Below, in pieces: positions 1-11,800 of a DNA stretch of 64,000 nucleotides. Made by a program: the position numbers and the translations under genes. The DNA is from Eledone cirrhosa (Eukaryota): positions 386,880,001 to 386,944,000 of the forward strand of contig OZ024741.1 in NCBI GenBank assembly GCA_964016885.1. The letters run 5' to 3'. The notes under the pieces are model-generated. The model ran no database searches. It had not been told where the DNA came from and saw nothing but the letters and a program-made list of their open reading frames with translations. Each line of letters starts with the position of its first letter. Positions within the stretch are counted from its first letter, which is position 1.

Positions 1-3
1 CGT

Positions 4-188
4 GAGAGAGATAGTAAGAGAGCAAGAGAAAGAGAGAGAGAGAGCAAGTGATGGCAAGATGGGTAGGGTGATTGTTGGGGAGGGAGTAAGGTCATTTCTT
101 ACTTAGTAGCGATTTATTCCTCTTTGCTCTCCTACTCTCTCTCTCTCTCTCTCTCTTTATCTATCTATCCCCCTCACCCTCTCTCTCT
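4..188. repeat. (GA)n tract (4-45) and (CT)n/(CTAT)n tracts (125-188) in the 3' UTR/flank
   Basis: Directly visible dinucleotide and tetranucleotide runs. Confidence 0.9.
113..118 (-). promoter_or_regulatory. Candidate polyadenylation signal AATAAA for the minus-strand gene
   Basis: Plus-strand tttatt at 113-118, about 70 nt past the stop codon, with a pyrimidine-rich tract further downstream. Position is plausible but unproven. Confidence 0.35.
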
Positions 189-352
189 TAATGTATACTG
201 AAGGAGGAGAGATTCTTCGCTGCTGTTTGTATCCCAGATCCTATTTTGGTATAGAGTTCCGCTTCCAGAAGCTTCTTATCAAAGTTGTTAGGATCGTAGT
301 AGTGGCGCAGCTTGTCTCGCAGAAGCATGGAATGGTGAGCTGATGCACGGGC
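188..352 (-). CDS. CCDC177: Terminal coding exon of a coiled-coil protein, CCDC177/CCDC185 (DUF4659)-like: ARASAHHSMLLRDKLRHYYDPNNFDKKLLEAELYTKIGSGIQTAAKNLSSFSIH*
   Basis: Minus-strand acceptor ccattatattgcag|GCC (AG at 354-353), phase 0, 165 nt ending in TAA at 190-188. It joins in frame to exon 3618-3510. ARASAHHSMLLRDKLR..FDKKLLEAEL resembles the C-terminus I recall for vertebrate CCDC177 (AR.TARAS..VREKVR..FDRMVREAQL). The exon is well supported; the family name comes from memory and needs BLAST/Pfam. Confidence 0.75.
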   Translation of the reverse strand, partial: ARASAHHSMLLRDKLRHYYDPNNFDKKLLEAELYTKIGSGIQTAAKNLSSFSIH

Positions 353-391
353 CTGCAATATAATGGACATGTCACTCAAGAAAGGACACCA

Positions 392-890
392 AACAGACAG
401 ACAGATGGACAGACAGACAGACAGACATATGAACTGACATAAAGATGGATGGACAGATAGACAGACAGATGGACAGATGGACAGACAGATGGACAGATGG
501 ACAGACAGATGGACAGACATAAAGATGGATGGACAGACAGACAGACAGATGGACAGACATAAAGATGGATGGACAGACAGACAGACAGATGGACAGATGG
601 ACAGACAGATGGACAGACATAAAGATGGATGGACAGATAGACAGACAGACAGACAGACAGATGGACAGACAGATGGACAGACATAAAGATGGATGGACAG
701 ATAGACAGACAGACAGACAGACAGATGGACAGACAGATGGACAGACATAAAGATGGATGGACAGACAGACAGACAGATGGACAGACAGATGGACAGACAG
801 ATGGACAGACATAAAGATGGATGGACAGATAGACAGACAGACAGACAGACAGATGGACAGACAGATGGACAGACATAAAGATGGATGGAC

Positions 891-925
<35 letters not shown>

Positions 926-1047
926 TGGACAGACATAAAGATGGATGGACAGACAGACAGACAGATGGACAGACATAAAGATGGATGGACAGACAGACAG
1001 ACAGATGGACAGATGGACAGACAGATGGACAGACATAAAGATGGATG

Positions 1048-1085
<38 letters not shown>

Positions 1086-1311
1086 TGGACAGACATAAAG
1101 ATGGACAGACAGACAGACAGACAGACAGACAGATGGACAGACAGACAGATGGACAGACATAAAGATGGATGGACAGACAGACAGACAGACAGACAGATGG
1201 ACAGACATAAAGATGGACAGACAGACAGACAGACAGACAGACAGATGGACAGACATAAAGATGGATGGACAGACAGATAGACAGACAGACAGACAGACAT
1301 AAAGATGGATG

Positions 1312-1369
<58 letters not shown>

Positions 1370-1490
1370 TGGATGGACAGACAGATAGACAGACAGATGG
1401 ACAGACATAAAGATGGATGGACAGACAGACAGACAACAAACAGAAAGACGGATGGCTGGACGGGCAGATAGACAGACAGACAGACAAACA
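392..1490. repeat. Compound tetranucleotide microsatellite (GACA)n/(GATG) punctuated by GACATAAAGATGGATG
   Basis: About 1.1 kb of 4-nt modules GACA, GATG, GATA and TAAA. It accounts for all CLSV/DRQT-type ORFs in this interval. Confidence 0.97.
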
Positions 1491-1532
1491 AACACATAGA
1501 CATACACATGGATTACATAATTAATATATAAT

Positions 1533-1722
1533 TATTTCTACTTTAGGCACAAGGCCAGCAATTATCCCAGTGCATTACTGGTACTTTATTTTATCAACCC
1601 CATAAGGATGAAAGGCAAAGTTAACCTCAGCGGGATTTGAACTCAGAACGTGAAGGGCCGTAACTCCTATGCTGCAAAGCATGCCGTCTGACCTTCTACT
1701 GATACTGCCAGTCCACCGCCAT
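1533..1722 (-). mobile_element. tRNA-derived SINE, near full length, with 16-bp target-site duplication
   Basis: Minus strand starts GGCGGTGGACTGGCAGTATCAG (A-box-like), has B-box-like GAGTTCAAATCCC, then CTTTGCCTTTCATCCTTATGGGGTTGATAAAATAAAGTACCAGT. Flanked by identical ATAATTAATATATAAT at 1517-1532 and 1723-1738. A second copy lies at 4570-4779. Confidence 0.88.
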
Positions 1723-2077
1723 ATAATTAATATATAATGACATTGGAATATTTTCCAAGGATTCTTTGTGCATAAAGAATGAATAGTTAAGTGCAGGCTT
1801 AGTGAAGTAAGCTGAAAATATCTTTTAATTGATTGAAATTATAACCTTACTGACAGAAAATGTCATTAGCTTCAAAGAAAATTAATCTGAACAAGACAAC
1901 GGAAGAGAATTATATCAATTAGTTGTTCTAATGTCTTAATTGCTACGGGTAAACTATTTTTCACTGAAAAGGTATAATAAAACTGAAACATGTCTGCTAA
2001 AGATCAGACTCTCTCAACCACTCATATATTAATATATCCATTTCATTTCCAGTTGATCAAAAGCAGATGTAAAAACA

Positions 2078-2530
2078 ATGATGATGATGATAATGATAGT
2101 GATGATAGTAGTGGTGGAGGTCATCATCATCATTTAATGTCTGCTTTCCCTGCTAGCAAAGGTTGGATGGGTCTACATAGACCATGTCAGTACTGAAGCA
2201 GAGTTACTGATCTCCCAGGCAGGCCAAGGGGTCTGCATCTCATTTACACTCAATTGAGTACACAGGAGAAATTGTTGTCTTTTAACACAAACTGAAGGGT
2301 CCTCCCAACCCCTTGTTTAGCAAGATTTCTATGGCTGGCTGCCCTTCCTAATACCAATTTCATAGCATGTACTGGGTGTGTTTATCATGGAGGCTGTACT
2401 GGGTGTGTTTATAGGAAGGCTGTCGTGTCCTTGACACAAACTGAAGGGTCCTTCCAATCCCTTGTTTAGCAAGCTTTCTACAACTAGATGCTCTTCCTAA
2501 TACCGACCACTTTACAGCATGTACTGGGTG
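2078..2530. repeat. (GAT)n/(CAT)n run followed by a probable interspersed repeat with an internal ~95-bp direct duplication
   Basis: acacaaactgaagggtcc...gcatgtactgggtg occurs at 2285-2379 and again, diverged, at 2434-2530. The (CAT)n-TTTAA end looks like a retroposon tail; family assignment is from memory only. Confidence 0.55.
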
Positions 2531-2629
2531 AAAATTCGAATGATGACTTCTTATTACAGCTATAATTTCAATTGGTTAAAAATTATTATCAACTCACCAC
2601 CCTGGTATATATCTAGGGTGGGTAAAATT

Positions 2630-2905
2630 CCCGAGATCCATGGACGAGTTCTCTCCAGCGGTCTGTCTCTCATTATCGCTGCTATGTCCTGCATCTCCAA
2701 CAGACCAGTGTCTGTCCTTAGGGCATCAACATATGTTAACCTTGGTCTTCCTCTTCCAGTGTGTCCATGCAAGGGCTCCCACAGGAGCACTGAGTGCAGT
2801 GTCAACTCTGGATGTCGGTGAGCATGTCCAGCTAACCTCAGTCTCCTCTGTGTCACCTTTGAGCTGACTTTTGGGAGGCTCCCATACAACTCTGAGTTTT
2901 TCATG
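2630..2905 (-). mobile_element. 3' fragment of a non-LTR retrotransposon ORF (RTE-like clade, region C-terminal to RT)
   Basis: Translation SELYGSLPKVSSKVTQRRLRLAGHAHRHPE...LLWEPLHGHTGRGRPRLTYVDALRTDTG contains the RRLRxxGH..R and G.RGRP..T..D motifs typical of RTE-type LINE C-termini. No RT core or endonuclease is present, so it is 5'-truncated. Confidence 0.85.
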
Positions 2906-3284
2906 CTCATAGTAGGTACACTGTATCCCTGCATATAGTAAGATGCAACTAGAAGTGTTGCTGCCAAGTAGAGCATCCAGCTGTAAAATATTGCTTCAAA
3001 AAGAACCTTATGATATAAGTATAAAGCCTACATGGGGCTTGCAAGATCATTTTTCCTGCTTTTATGGTTTTAAAATGCCTAAGACACAATTTTTCATTGG
3101 AGAAAGGAAAACTATCATCGATCACACAGTAAGCTAGGCAACAGTCTAATGAGATATAGGAGAGATTTATTAGCTCCGGTTCTCTAGTTCTGCTATATAG
3201 AGCAAGGAAAATGGCTTTAAATTGCCTGTTGTTTGTCACCACACTGAATATTATAGCCTGTACTTAACTAAATAGATACATAAA

Positions 3285-3470
3285 ATACCTAGAGAAAGAA
3301 AGCAATAGAGAAATAGAAGCAGAAAGAGAAAGTGGTAGATAGAAAAAAAGCAGATAGATAATGTGATAGATAGACAGATAGATGGGTGGATAGATAGGTA
3401 AATAGAGAGAGAGAGTGTCTGGTTGAGGGAGATAGGATGGCTGGGTAGACAGACAGACACATAAAAAGAG
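3285..3470. repeat. Degenerate purine-rich (GA/GATA/GACA) low-complexity tract
   Basis: Visible runs of gata, gaga and gaca next to the donor site at 3509. Confidence 0.75.
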
Positions 3471-3509
3471 AAACAGTCATGTTGTAAAGGTACTAAATAA
3501 AAGACTCAC

Positions 3510-3618
3510 CTCATTCATCTGTTGCTCCTTGGCAGCTTGCATATCCTCCAACTTCTTCTCCTTCTCACTCAGATGTTCAGCTGTCTTCTCCTGCCATAAC
3601 TCAATGTATTTGTTGATC
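3510..3618 (-). CDS. CCDC177: Internal coding exon of the same gene: (K)INKYIELWQEKTAEHLSEKEKKLEDMQAAKEQQMNE
   Basis: Acceptor cttttgcttcag|G (AG at 3620-3619) and donor GAG|gtgagt (3509-3504). 109 nt = 1 nt + 36 codons, so phase 2 in and phase 0 out, matching both neighbours. E/K/Q-rich helical sequence. Confidence 0.85.
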
Positions 3619-3643
3619 CTGAAGCAAAAGACATTGCTGTTGT

Positions 3644-4598
3644 ATAATGGTTTCTGGTTTAGGTACAAGGTCATAATAATGGTTTCTGGATTAGGTACAA
3701 GGTCATAATAATGGTTTCTGGTTTAGGTACAAGGTCATAATAATGGTTTCTGGTTTAGGTACAAGGTCATAATAATGGTTTCTGGTTTAGGTACAAGGTC
3801 ATAATAATGGTTTCTGGTTTAGGTACAAGGCCATAATAATGGTTTCTGGTTTAGGTACAAGGTCATAATAATGGTTTCTGGTTTAGGTACAAGGTCATAA
3901 TAATGGTTTCTGGTTTAGGTACAAGGTCATAATAATGGTTTCTAGTTTAGGTACAAGGTCATAATAATGGTTTCTAGTTTAGGTACAAGGTCATAATAAT
4001 GGTTTCTAGTTTAGGTACAAGGTCATAATAATGGTTTCTAGTTTAGGTACAAGGTCATAATAATGGTTTCTAGTCTAGGTACAAGGTCATAATAATGGTT
4101 TCTGGTTTAGGTACAAGGTCATAATAATGGTTTCTAGTTTAGGTACAAGGTCATAATAATGGTTTCTAGTTTAGGTACAAGGTCATAATAATGGTTTCTG
4201 GTTTAGGTACAAGGTCATAATAATGGTTTCTAGTTTAGGTACAAGGTCATAATAATGGTTTCTGGTTTAGGTACAAGGTCATAATAATGGTTTCTAGTTT
4301 AGGTACAAGGTCATAATAATGGTTTCTGGTTTAGGTACAAGGTCATAATAATGGTTTCTAGTTTAAGTACAAGGTCATAATAATGGTTTCTGGTTTAGGT
4401 ACAAGGTCATAATAATGGTTTCTGGTTTAGGTACAAGGTCATAATAATGGTTTCTGGTTTAGGTACAAGGTCATAATAATGGTTTCTAGTTTAGGTACAA
4501 GGTCATAATAATGGTTTCTGGTTTAGGTACAAGGTCATAATAATGGTTTCTAGTTTAGGTACAAGGTCATAATAATGGTTTCTAGTTTAGGTACAAGG
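3644..4598. repeat. 32-bp minisatellite, about 30 copies, ATAATAATGGTTTCT(G/A)GTTTAGGTACAAGGTC
   Basis: Period 32 (aggtacaagg at 3661 and 3693). Near-identical units with one common G/A variant position. Confidence 0.98.
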
Positions 4599-4779
4599 CC
4601 AACAGAAAGTCAATTAAATCGCCTCCAGTGCATTACTGGTACTTTATTTTTTAAACCCCAAAAGGATGAAAGGCAAAGCTAACCTCAGCAGGATTTGAAC
4701 TCAGAATGTAAAGGGCCATAACTATATGCCACACAGTCTGTCAACCGATGCTTTACCAATACTGCCAATCCACCACCCC
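4570..4779 (-). mobile_element. Second copy of the tRNA-derived SINE; its 3' end is continuous with the 32-bp minisatellite
   Basis: ccagtgcattactggtactttatttt..aacccc..aaggatgaaaggcaaag.taacctcagc.ggatttgaactcagaa.gt.aagggcc.taact aligns with 1567-1665. Confidence 0.88.
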
Positions 4780-4790
4780 ATGTCTAACAA

Positions 4791-5008
4791 AAAGTCTAAA
4801 GTCTAAAGTCTATCTCAAACTCGGAGGTTCATCAGAGCAGTGCCTATCCGATTTTTGTGATGTTAAGCAACTGAGAGTACAAGATTCCCTCCTGGACAGG
4901 ATGCCAGTCTACCACGGAGTTAAACTCCCAACTATTGCTGGTACTCATATTCAGCTGAGTATACTGAAGCAAAGTGAAATGTAGTGTGTTAAGCTCAAGA
5001 AACCACGA
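4791..5008 (-). mobile_element. Probable different SINE (body and 3' end) with (AAAGTCT)3 tail
   Basis: 7-bp tandem tail at 4791-4811. The body (cctggacaggatgccagtc..gctggtactcat..ctgagt..gtgaaat..agtgt..gctcaagaa) resembles invertebrate tRNA-SINE central regions as I recall them. No second copy in this window. Confidence 0.5.
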
Positions 5009-5160
5009 GGACACGCTCCTTCAACACCACCCTGTTTTGCATAATAAGTATTAAAAAAAAGTAAAAGATTCACTCCTCAGATCAGAAAAAGAAAATATAG
5101 TTTCTACTGATCTTTCTATTGCTGATACTATATACCAATCTCACCTAATCCTGACAGAAG

Positions 5161-5294
5161 TAGGTGAGATTTGAACCCAGAACTACAGAACCAGAATAGA
5201 TACCACAAAGCATCCTGTTCAACTCTTTAACAAATCTGTCAATTCACAACTGCTCCCTGGGGTAATACAATTATTTATAAACCCCAAAAAGATG
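5161..5294 (-). mobile_element. Diverged, rearranged fragments of the same SINE family as 1533-1722
   Basis: gagatttgaacccagaac (~5166) matches gggatttgaactcagaac. ggtaatacaattatttataaaccccaaaaagatg (5261-5294) matches ggtactttattttatcaaccccataaggatg. Confidence 0.6.
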
Positions 5295-5424
5295 CATACT
5301 ATATGTGAATGATATTATAATAGATAAATTTAGTGCACATAAACAATGAAACACGGATAATTTGAGAGAAAAGTTAGGTGCAAAAGAAATCAGATGTAGT
5401 TTGCTAATCTTCACCAACACTTAC

Positions 5425-5525
5425 TTCTTCATATTTGAAGCATGACTAATTTCTCGGTGCAGTCGGTTGTCACGTGCTTTCTGAGCTTTTAACTTAGCAT
5501 AGCAGGTGAGCGTCTGTCCCTTCTG
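5425..5525 (-). CDS. CCDC177: Internal coding exon of the same gene: QKGQTLTCYAKLKAQKARDNRLHREISHASNMK(K)
   Basis: Not in the ORF track; read manually. Acceptor cattttgtttgtcattcttgtag|CAG (AG at 5527-5526) and donor AA|gtaagt (5424-5419). 101 nt = 33 codons + 2 nt; the trailing AA plus the first G of the next exon gives AAG (Lys), with no stop. Confidence 0.8.
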
Positions 5526-5614
5526 CTACAAGAATGACAAACAAAATGAAGATACTTTGTAAGAATTGCAGAATGTATTAAGACAAATTGTTTTATGTAG
5601 TCAATGATCTAATA

Positions 5615-5781
5615 GAAATGTCAGCCAAATCTTCCTCGAATCATACCCTACTGTCTTAAAAGAAGAAGGATACATTTAAAAATATAGTTCATTATATATA
5701 AATACATGAAACAGTCATATGTCAGATGCCTTTGTTCACAAATTTGCTTGATCAGTGCTGAACTGAGGCTAGGAACAACAA
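5615..5781 (+). mobile_element. Possible retroposon 3' end with short (AAC)n tail
   Basis: cagccaaatc..accctactgtcttaaaa..tgcctttg..gatcagtgctgaactgaggctaggaacaacaa resembles an octopus interspersed repeat I recall. Not verifiable from within the window. Confidence 0.4.
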
Positions 5782-5809
5782 TTAATTTTGCTGATCTATA
5801 AAAATGTTG

Positions 5810-8800
5810 CTACCAACACCAACACCAACAACACTAACACTACCAACACCAACAACACTAACACTACCAACACCATCAACACTAGCACTACAAACACCAC
5901 CAACACTAACACTACCAACACCAACAACACTAACACTACCAACACCATCAACACTAGCACTACCAACACCACCAACACTAACACTACCAACACTAACACT
6001 ACCAACACCACCAACACTAATACTACCAACACTACCAACACTAAGACTACCAACACCACCAACACTAAGACTACCAACACCACCAACATTAACACTACCA
6101 ACACCACCAACACTAACACTACCAAAACCATCAACACTAACACTGCCAACACCACCAACACTAGCACTACCAACACCACCAACACTAACACTACCAACAC
6201 CACCAACACTAACACTAACAACACCACCAACACTAGCACTACAAACACCACCAACACTAACACTACCAACACCATCAACACTAACACTACCAACACCACC
6301 AGCACTAACACTACCAACACCACCAACACTAGCACTACCAACACCACCAACACTAACACTACCAACACTAACACTACCAACACCACCAACACTGACACTA
6401 CCAACACCATCAATAGTAGCACTACCAACAACAAGAACACTGACACTACCAACACCATCAACACTAACACTACCAACACCACCAACACTAACACTAACAA
6501 CACCACCAACACTAACACTACCAACACAACCAACACTGGCACTACCAACACCACCAACACTAACACTACCAACACCATCAATACTAGCACTACCAACACC
6601 ACCAATACTAAGACTACCAACACCACCAACACTAACACTACCAACACCACCAACACTAACACTAACACCAACACTAGCACTACCAACACCACCAACAGTA
6701 ACACTACCAACACCACCAACACTAACACTACAACACCACCAACACTAACACTACCAACACCACCAAAACTAACACTACCAACACCACCAACACTAACACT
6801 ACCAACACCACCAACACTAGCACTACCAACACCACCAACACCACCAACACTAGCACTACCAACACCACCAACACTAACACTACCAACACTACCAACACTA
6901 ACACTACCAACACCACCAACACTAACACTACCAACACCACCAACACCACCAACACTAGCACTACCAACACCACTAACACTAACACTAACAACAACACCAA
7001 CACTAACACTACCAACACCACCAACACTAGCACTACCAACACCACCAAAACTAACACTACCAACACTACCAACACTAACACTACCAACACCACCAACACT
7101 AACACTACCAATACCACCAACACTAACACTACCAACACCACCAACACTAGCACTACCAACACCACCAAAACTAACACTACCAACACTACCAACACTAACA
7201 CTACCAACACCACCAACACTAACACTACCAATACCACCAACACTAACACTACCAACACCACTAACACTAACACTACCAACACCACCAACACTAACACTAC
7301 CAACACCACCAACACTAACAACACTAACACTAACAACAACACCAACACTAACACTACCAACACCACCAACACTAACACTAACAACACCACCAACACTAAC
7401 ACTACCAACACCACCAACACTAGCACTACCAACACCACCAACACTAACACTACCAACACCACCAACACTAACACTACCAACAACACCAACACTAACACTA
7501 CCAACACCACCAACACTGGCACTACCAACACCACCAACACTAACACTACCAACACCACCAACACTAACACTACCAACACCACCAACACTAACACTACCAA
7601 CAGCACCAACACTAGCACTACCAACACCACCAATACTAAGACTAACAACACCATCAACACTAACACTACCAACACTAACACTACCAACACAACCAACACT
7701 AACACTACCAACACTAACACTACTAACACCACCAACACTAACACTACCAACACCATCAAAACTAGCACTACCAATACCACCAACACTAGCACTAACACCA
7801 CCAACACTAACACTACCAACACCACCAACACTAACACTACCAACACCACCAACACTAATACTACCAACACTACCAACACTAACACTAACAACACCACCAA
7901 CACTAAGACTACCAACACCACCAACAATAGCACTACCAACACCACCAACACTAACACTACCAACACCATCAACACTAACACTACCAACACCACCAACACT
8001 AGCACTACCAACACCACCAACACTAACACTACCACCAACACTAACAATACCAACACCACCAACACTAACACTACCGACACCACCAACACTAACACTACCA
8101 ACAACACCAACACTAACACTACCAACACCACCAACACTAACACTACCAACACCACTAACACTAGCACTACCAACACCACCAACACTAACACTACCAACAC
8201 CATCAACACTAACACTACCAACACCACCAGCACTAACACTACCAACACCACCAACACTAGCACTACCAACACCACCAACACTGACACTACCAACACCATC
8301 AATACTAGCACTACCAACACCACAAACACAAACACTACCAACACCACCAACACTAACACTAACACTAACAACACCACCAACACTAACACTAACAACACCA
8401 CCAACACTAGCACTACCAACACCACCAACACAAACACTACCAACAACATCAACACTAACACTACCAACACCACCAGCACTAACACTAACAACACCACCAA
8501 CAATAACGCTACCAACAACACTAGCACTGCCAACACGACCAACATTAGCACTACCAACACCACCAACACTAGCACTACCAACACCACCAACACTAACACT
8601 ACCAACACCACCAGCATTAGCACTACCAACACCACCAACACTGACACTACCAACACCATCAATACTAGCACTACCAACACCATCAATACTAGCACTACCA
8701 ACACCACCAACATTAGCACTACCAACACCACCAACACTGACACTACCAACACCATCAATACTAGCACTACCAACACCAAGAACACTAACACTACCAATAC

Positions 8801-11800
8801 CACCAACACTAACACTATCAACACCACCAACACTAACACTAACACTAACAACACCACCAACACTAACACTACCAACACAACCAACACTGGCACTACCAAC
8901 ACCACCAATAATAAGACTACCAACACCACCAACACTAACACTACCAACACCACCAACACTAACACTACCAACACCACCAACACTAGCACTACTAACACCA
9001 CCAACACTAACACTACCAACACCACCAACACTAACGCTACCAACACCACCAATACTACGACTACCAACACCACCAACACTAACACTACCAACACCATCAA
9101 CACTAACGCTACCAACACCACCAATAATAAGACTACCAACACCACCAACACTAACACTACCAACACCACCAACACTAACACTACCAACTCCACCAACACT
9201 AGCACTACTAACACCACCAACACTAACACTACCAACACCACCAACACTAACACTACCAACAACACCAATACTACGACTACCAACACCACCAACACTAACA
9301 CTACCAACACCACCAACACTAACAACACCAGCAACACTAACATTACCAACACCACCAACACTAGCACTACCAACACCACCAACACTAACACTACCAACAC
9401 CACCAATACTCGCACTACCAACACCACCAACAGTAACACTACCAACACCACCAACACTAACACTACCAACACCACCAACACTAACACTACCAACACCACC
9501 AACACTAACACTACCAACACCACCAACACTAGCACTACCAACACCACCAACACAAACACTACCACCAACACTAACACTAACACTAACAACACCACCAACA
9601 CTAACACTAACAACACCACCAACACTAGCACTACCAACACCACCAACACAAACACTACCAACAACATCAACACTAACACTACCAACACCACCAGCACTAA
9701 CAACACCACCAACACTAACACTACCAACACCACCAACACTAGCACTACCAACACCACCAACACTGACACTACCAACACCATCAATACTAGCACTACCAAC
9801 ACCAAGAACACTAACACTACCAACACCACAAACACAAACACTACCAACACCACCAACACTAACACTAACAACACCACCAACACTAACACTAACAACACCA
9901 CCAACACTAGCACTACTAACACCACCAACACTAACACTACCAACACCACAAACACAAACACTACCAACACCACCAACACTAACACTAACACTAACAACAC
10001 CACCAACACTAACACTAACAACACCACCAACACTAGCACTACCAACACCACCAACACAAACACTACCAACAACATCAACACTAACACTACCAACACCACC
10101 AGCCCTAACACTAACAACACCACCAACAATAACACTACCAACACCACCAACATTAGCACTACCAATACCACCAACACTAACACTACCAACACCACCAACA
10201 CTAACACTACCAACACCACCAACACTAGCACTACCAACACCACCAACACAAACACTACCAACAACATCAACACTAACACTACCAACACCACCAGCCCTAA
10301 CACTAACAACACCACCAACAATAACACTACCAACACCACCAACATTAGCACTACCAACACCACCAACACTAACACTACCAACACCACCAACACTGACACT
10401 ACCAACACCATCAATACTAGCACTACCAACACCAAGAACACTAACACTACCAACACCACCAACACTAACACTATCAACACCACCAACACTAACACTAACA
10501 ACACCACCAACACTAACACTACCAACACAACCAACACTGGCACTACCAACACCACCAATAATAAGACTACCAACAGCACCAACACTAACACTACCAACAC
10601 CACCAACACTAACACTACCAACACCACCAACACTAGCACTACTAACACCACCAACACTAACACTACCAACACCACCAACACTAACGCTACCAACACCACC
10701 AATACTACGACTACCAACACCACCAACACTAACACTACCAACACCACCAACACTAACACTATCAACTCCACCAACACTAGCAGTACTAACACCACCAACA
10801 CTAACACCACCAACACTAACACTACCAACAACACCAATACTACGACTACCAACACCACCAACACTAACAACACCAGCAACACTAACATTACCAACACCAC
10901 CCACACTAGCACTACCAACACCACCAACACTAACACTACCAACTCCACCAACACTAACACTGCCAACAACACCAACACTAACACTACCAACACCACCAAC
11001 ACTAACACTACCAACACCACCAACACTAACACTACCAACACGACCAACACTAACACTACCAACACCACCAACACTAGCACTACCAACACCACCAACACTA
11101 ACACTGCCAACACCACCAACACTAACACTACCAACACCACCAACACTAACACTACCAACACCACCAACATTAGCACTACCAACACCACCAACACTAACAC
11201 TACCAACACCACCAACACTAACACTACCAACACCACCAACACTAGCACTACCAACACCACCAACACAAACACTACCACCAACACTAACACTAACACTAAC
11301 AACACCACCAACACTAACACTACCAACACCACCAACACTAGCACTACCAACACCACCAACACTGACACTACCAACACCATCAATACTAGCACTACCAACA
11401 CCAAGAACACTAACACTACCAACACCACAAACACAAACACTACCAACACCACCAACACTAACACTAACACTAACAACACCACCAACACTAACACTAACAA
11501 CACCACCAACACTAGCACTACCAACACCACCAACACAAACACTACCAACAACATCAACACTAACACTACCAACACCACCAGCCCTAACACTAACAACACC
11601 ACCAACAATAACACTACCAACACCACCAACATTAGCACTACCAACACCACCAACACTAACACTACCAACACCACCAACACTAACACTACCAACACCACCA
11701 ACACTAGCACTACCAACACCACTAACACTAACACTAACAACAACAACACCAACATTAACACTACCAACACCACCAACACTAGCACTACCAACACCACCAA

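Noticed and set aside
188-1509. 439/371/377-aa CLSV-repeat ORFs and short DRQT ORFs
   Set aside because: Translations of the GACA microsatellite; only 188-352 is a real exon.
1620-1722. tRNA gene
   Set aside because: A/B-box-like motifs belong to a SINE head with a TSD; I could not build a cloverleaf.
3644-4598. 32-bp repeats as a CRISPR array
   Set aside because: Units are head-to-tail with no spacers, there are no cas genes, and the context is a spliceosomal intron.
1990-4984. Short ORFs at 1990, 2519, 2640, 2943, 2949, 3251, 3289 and 4748
   Set aside because: They lie in intronic repeats or low-complexity DNA, or antisense to the LINE fragment, with no recognisable protein features.
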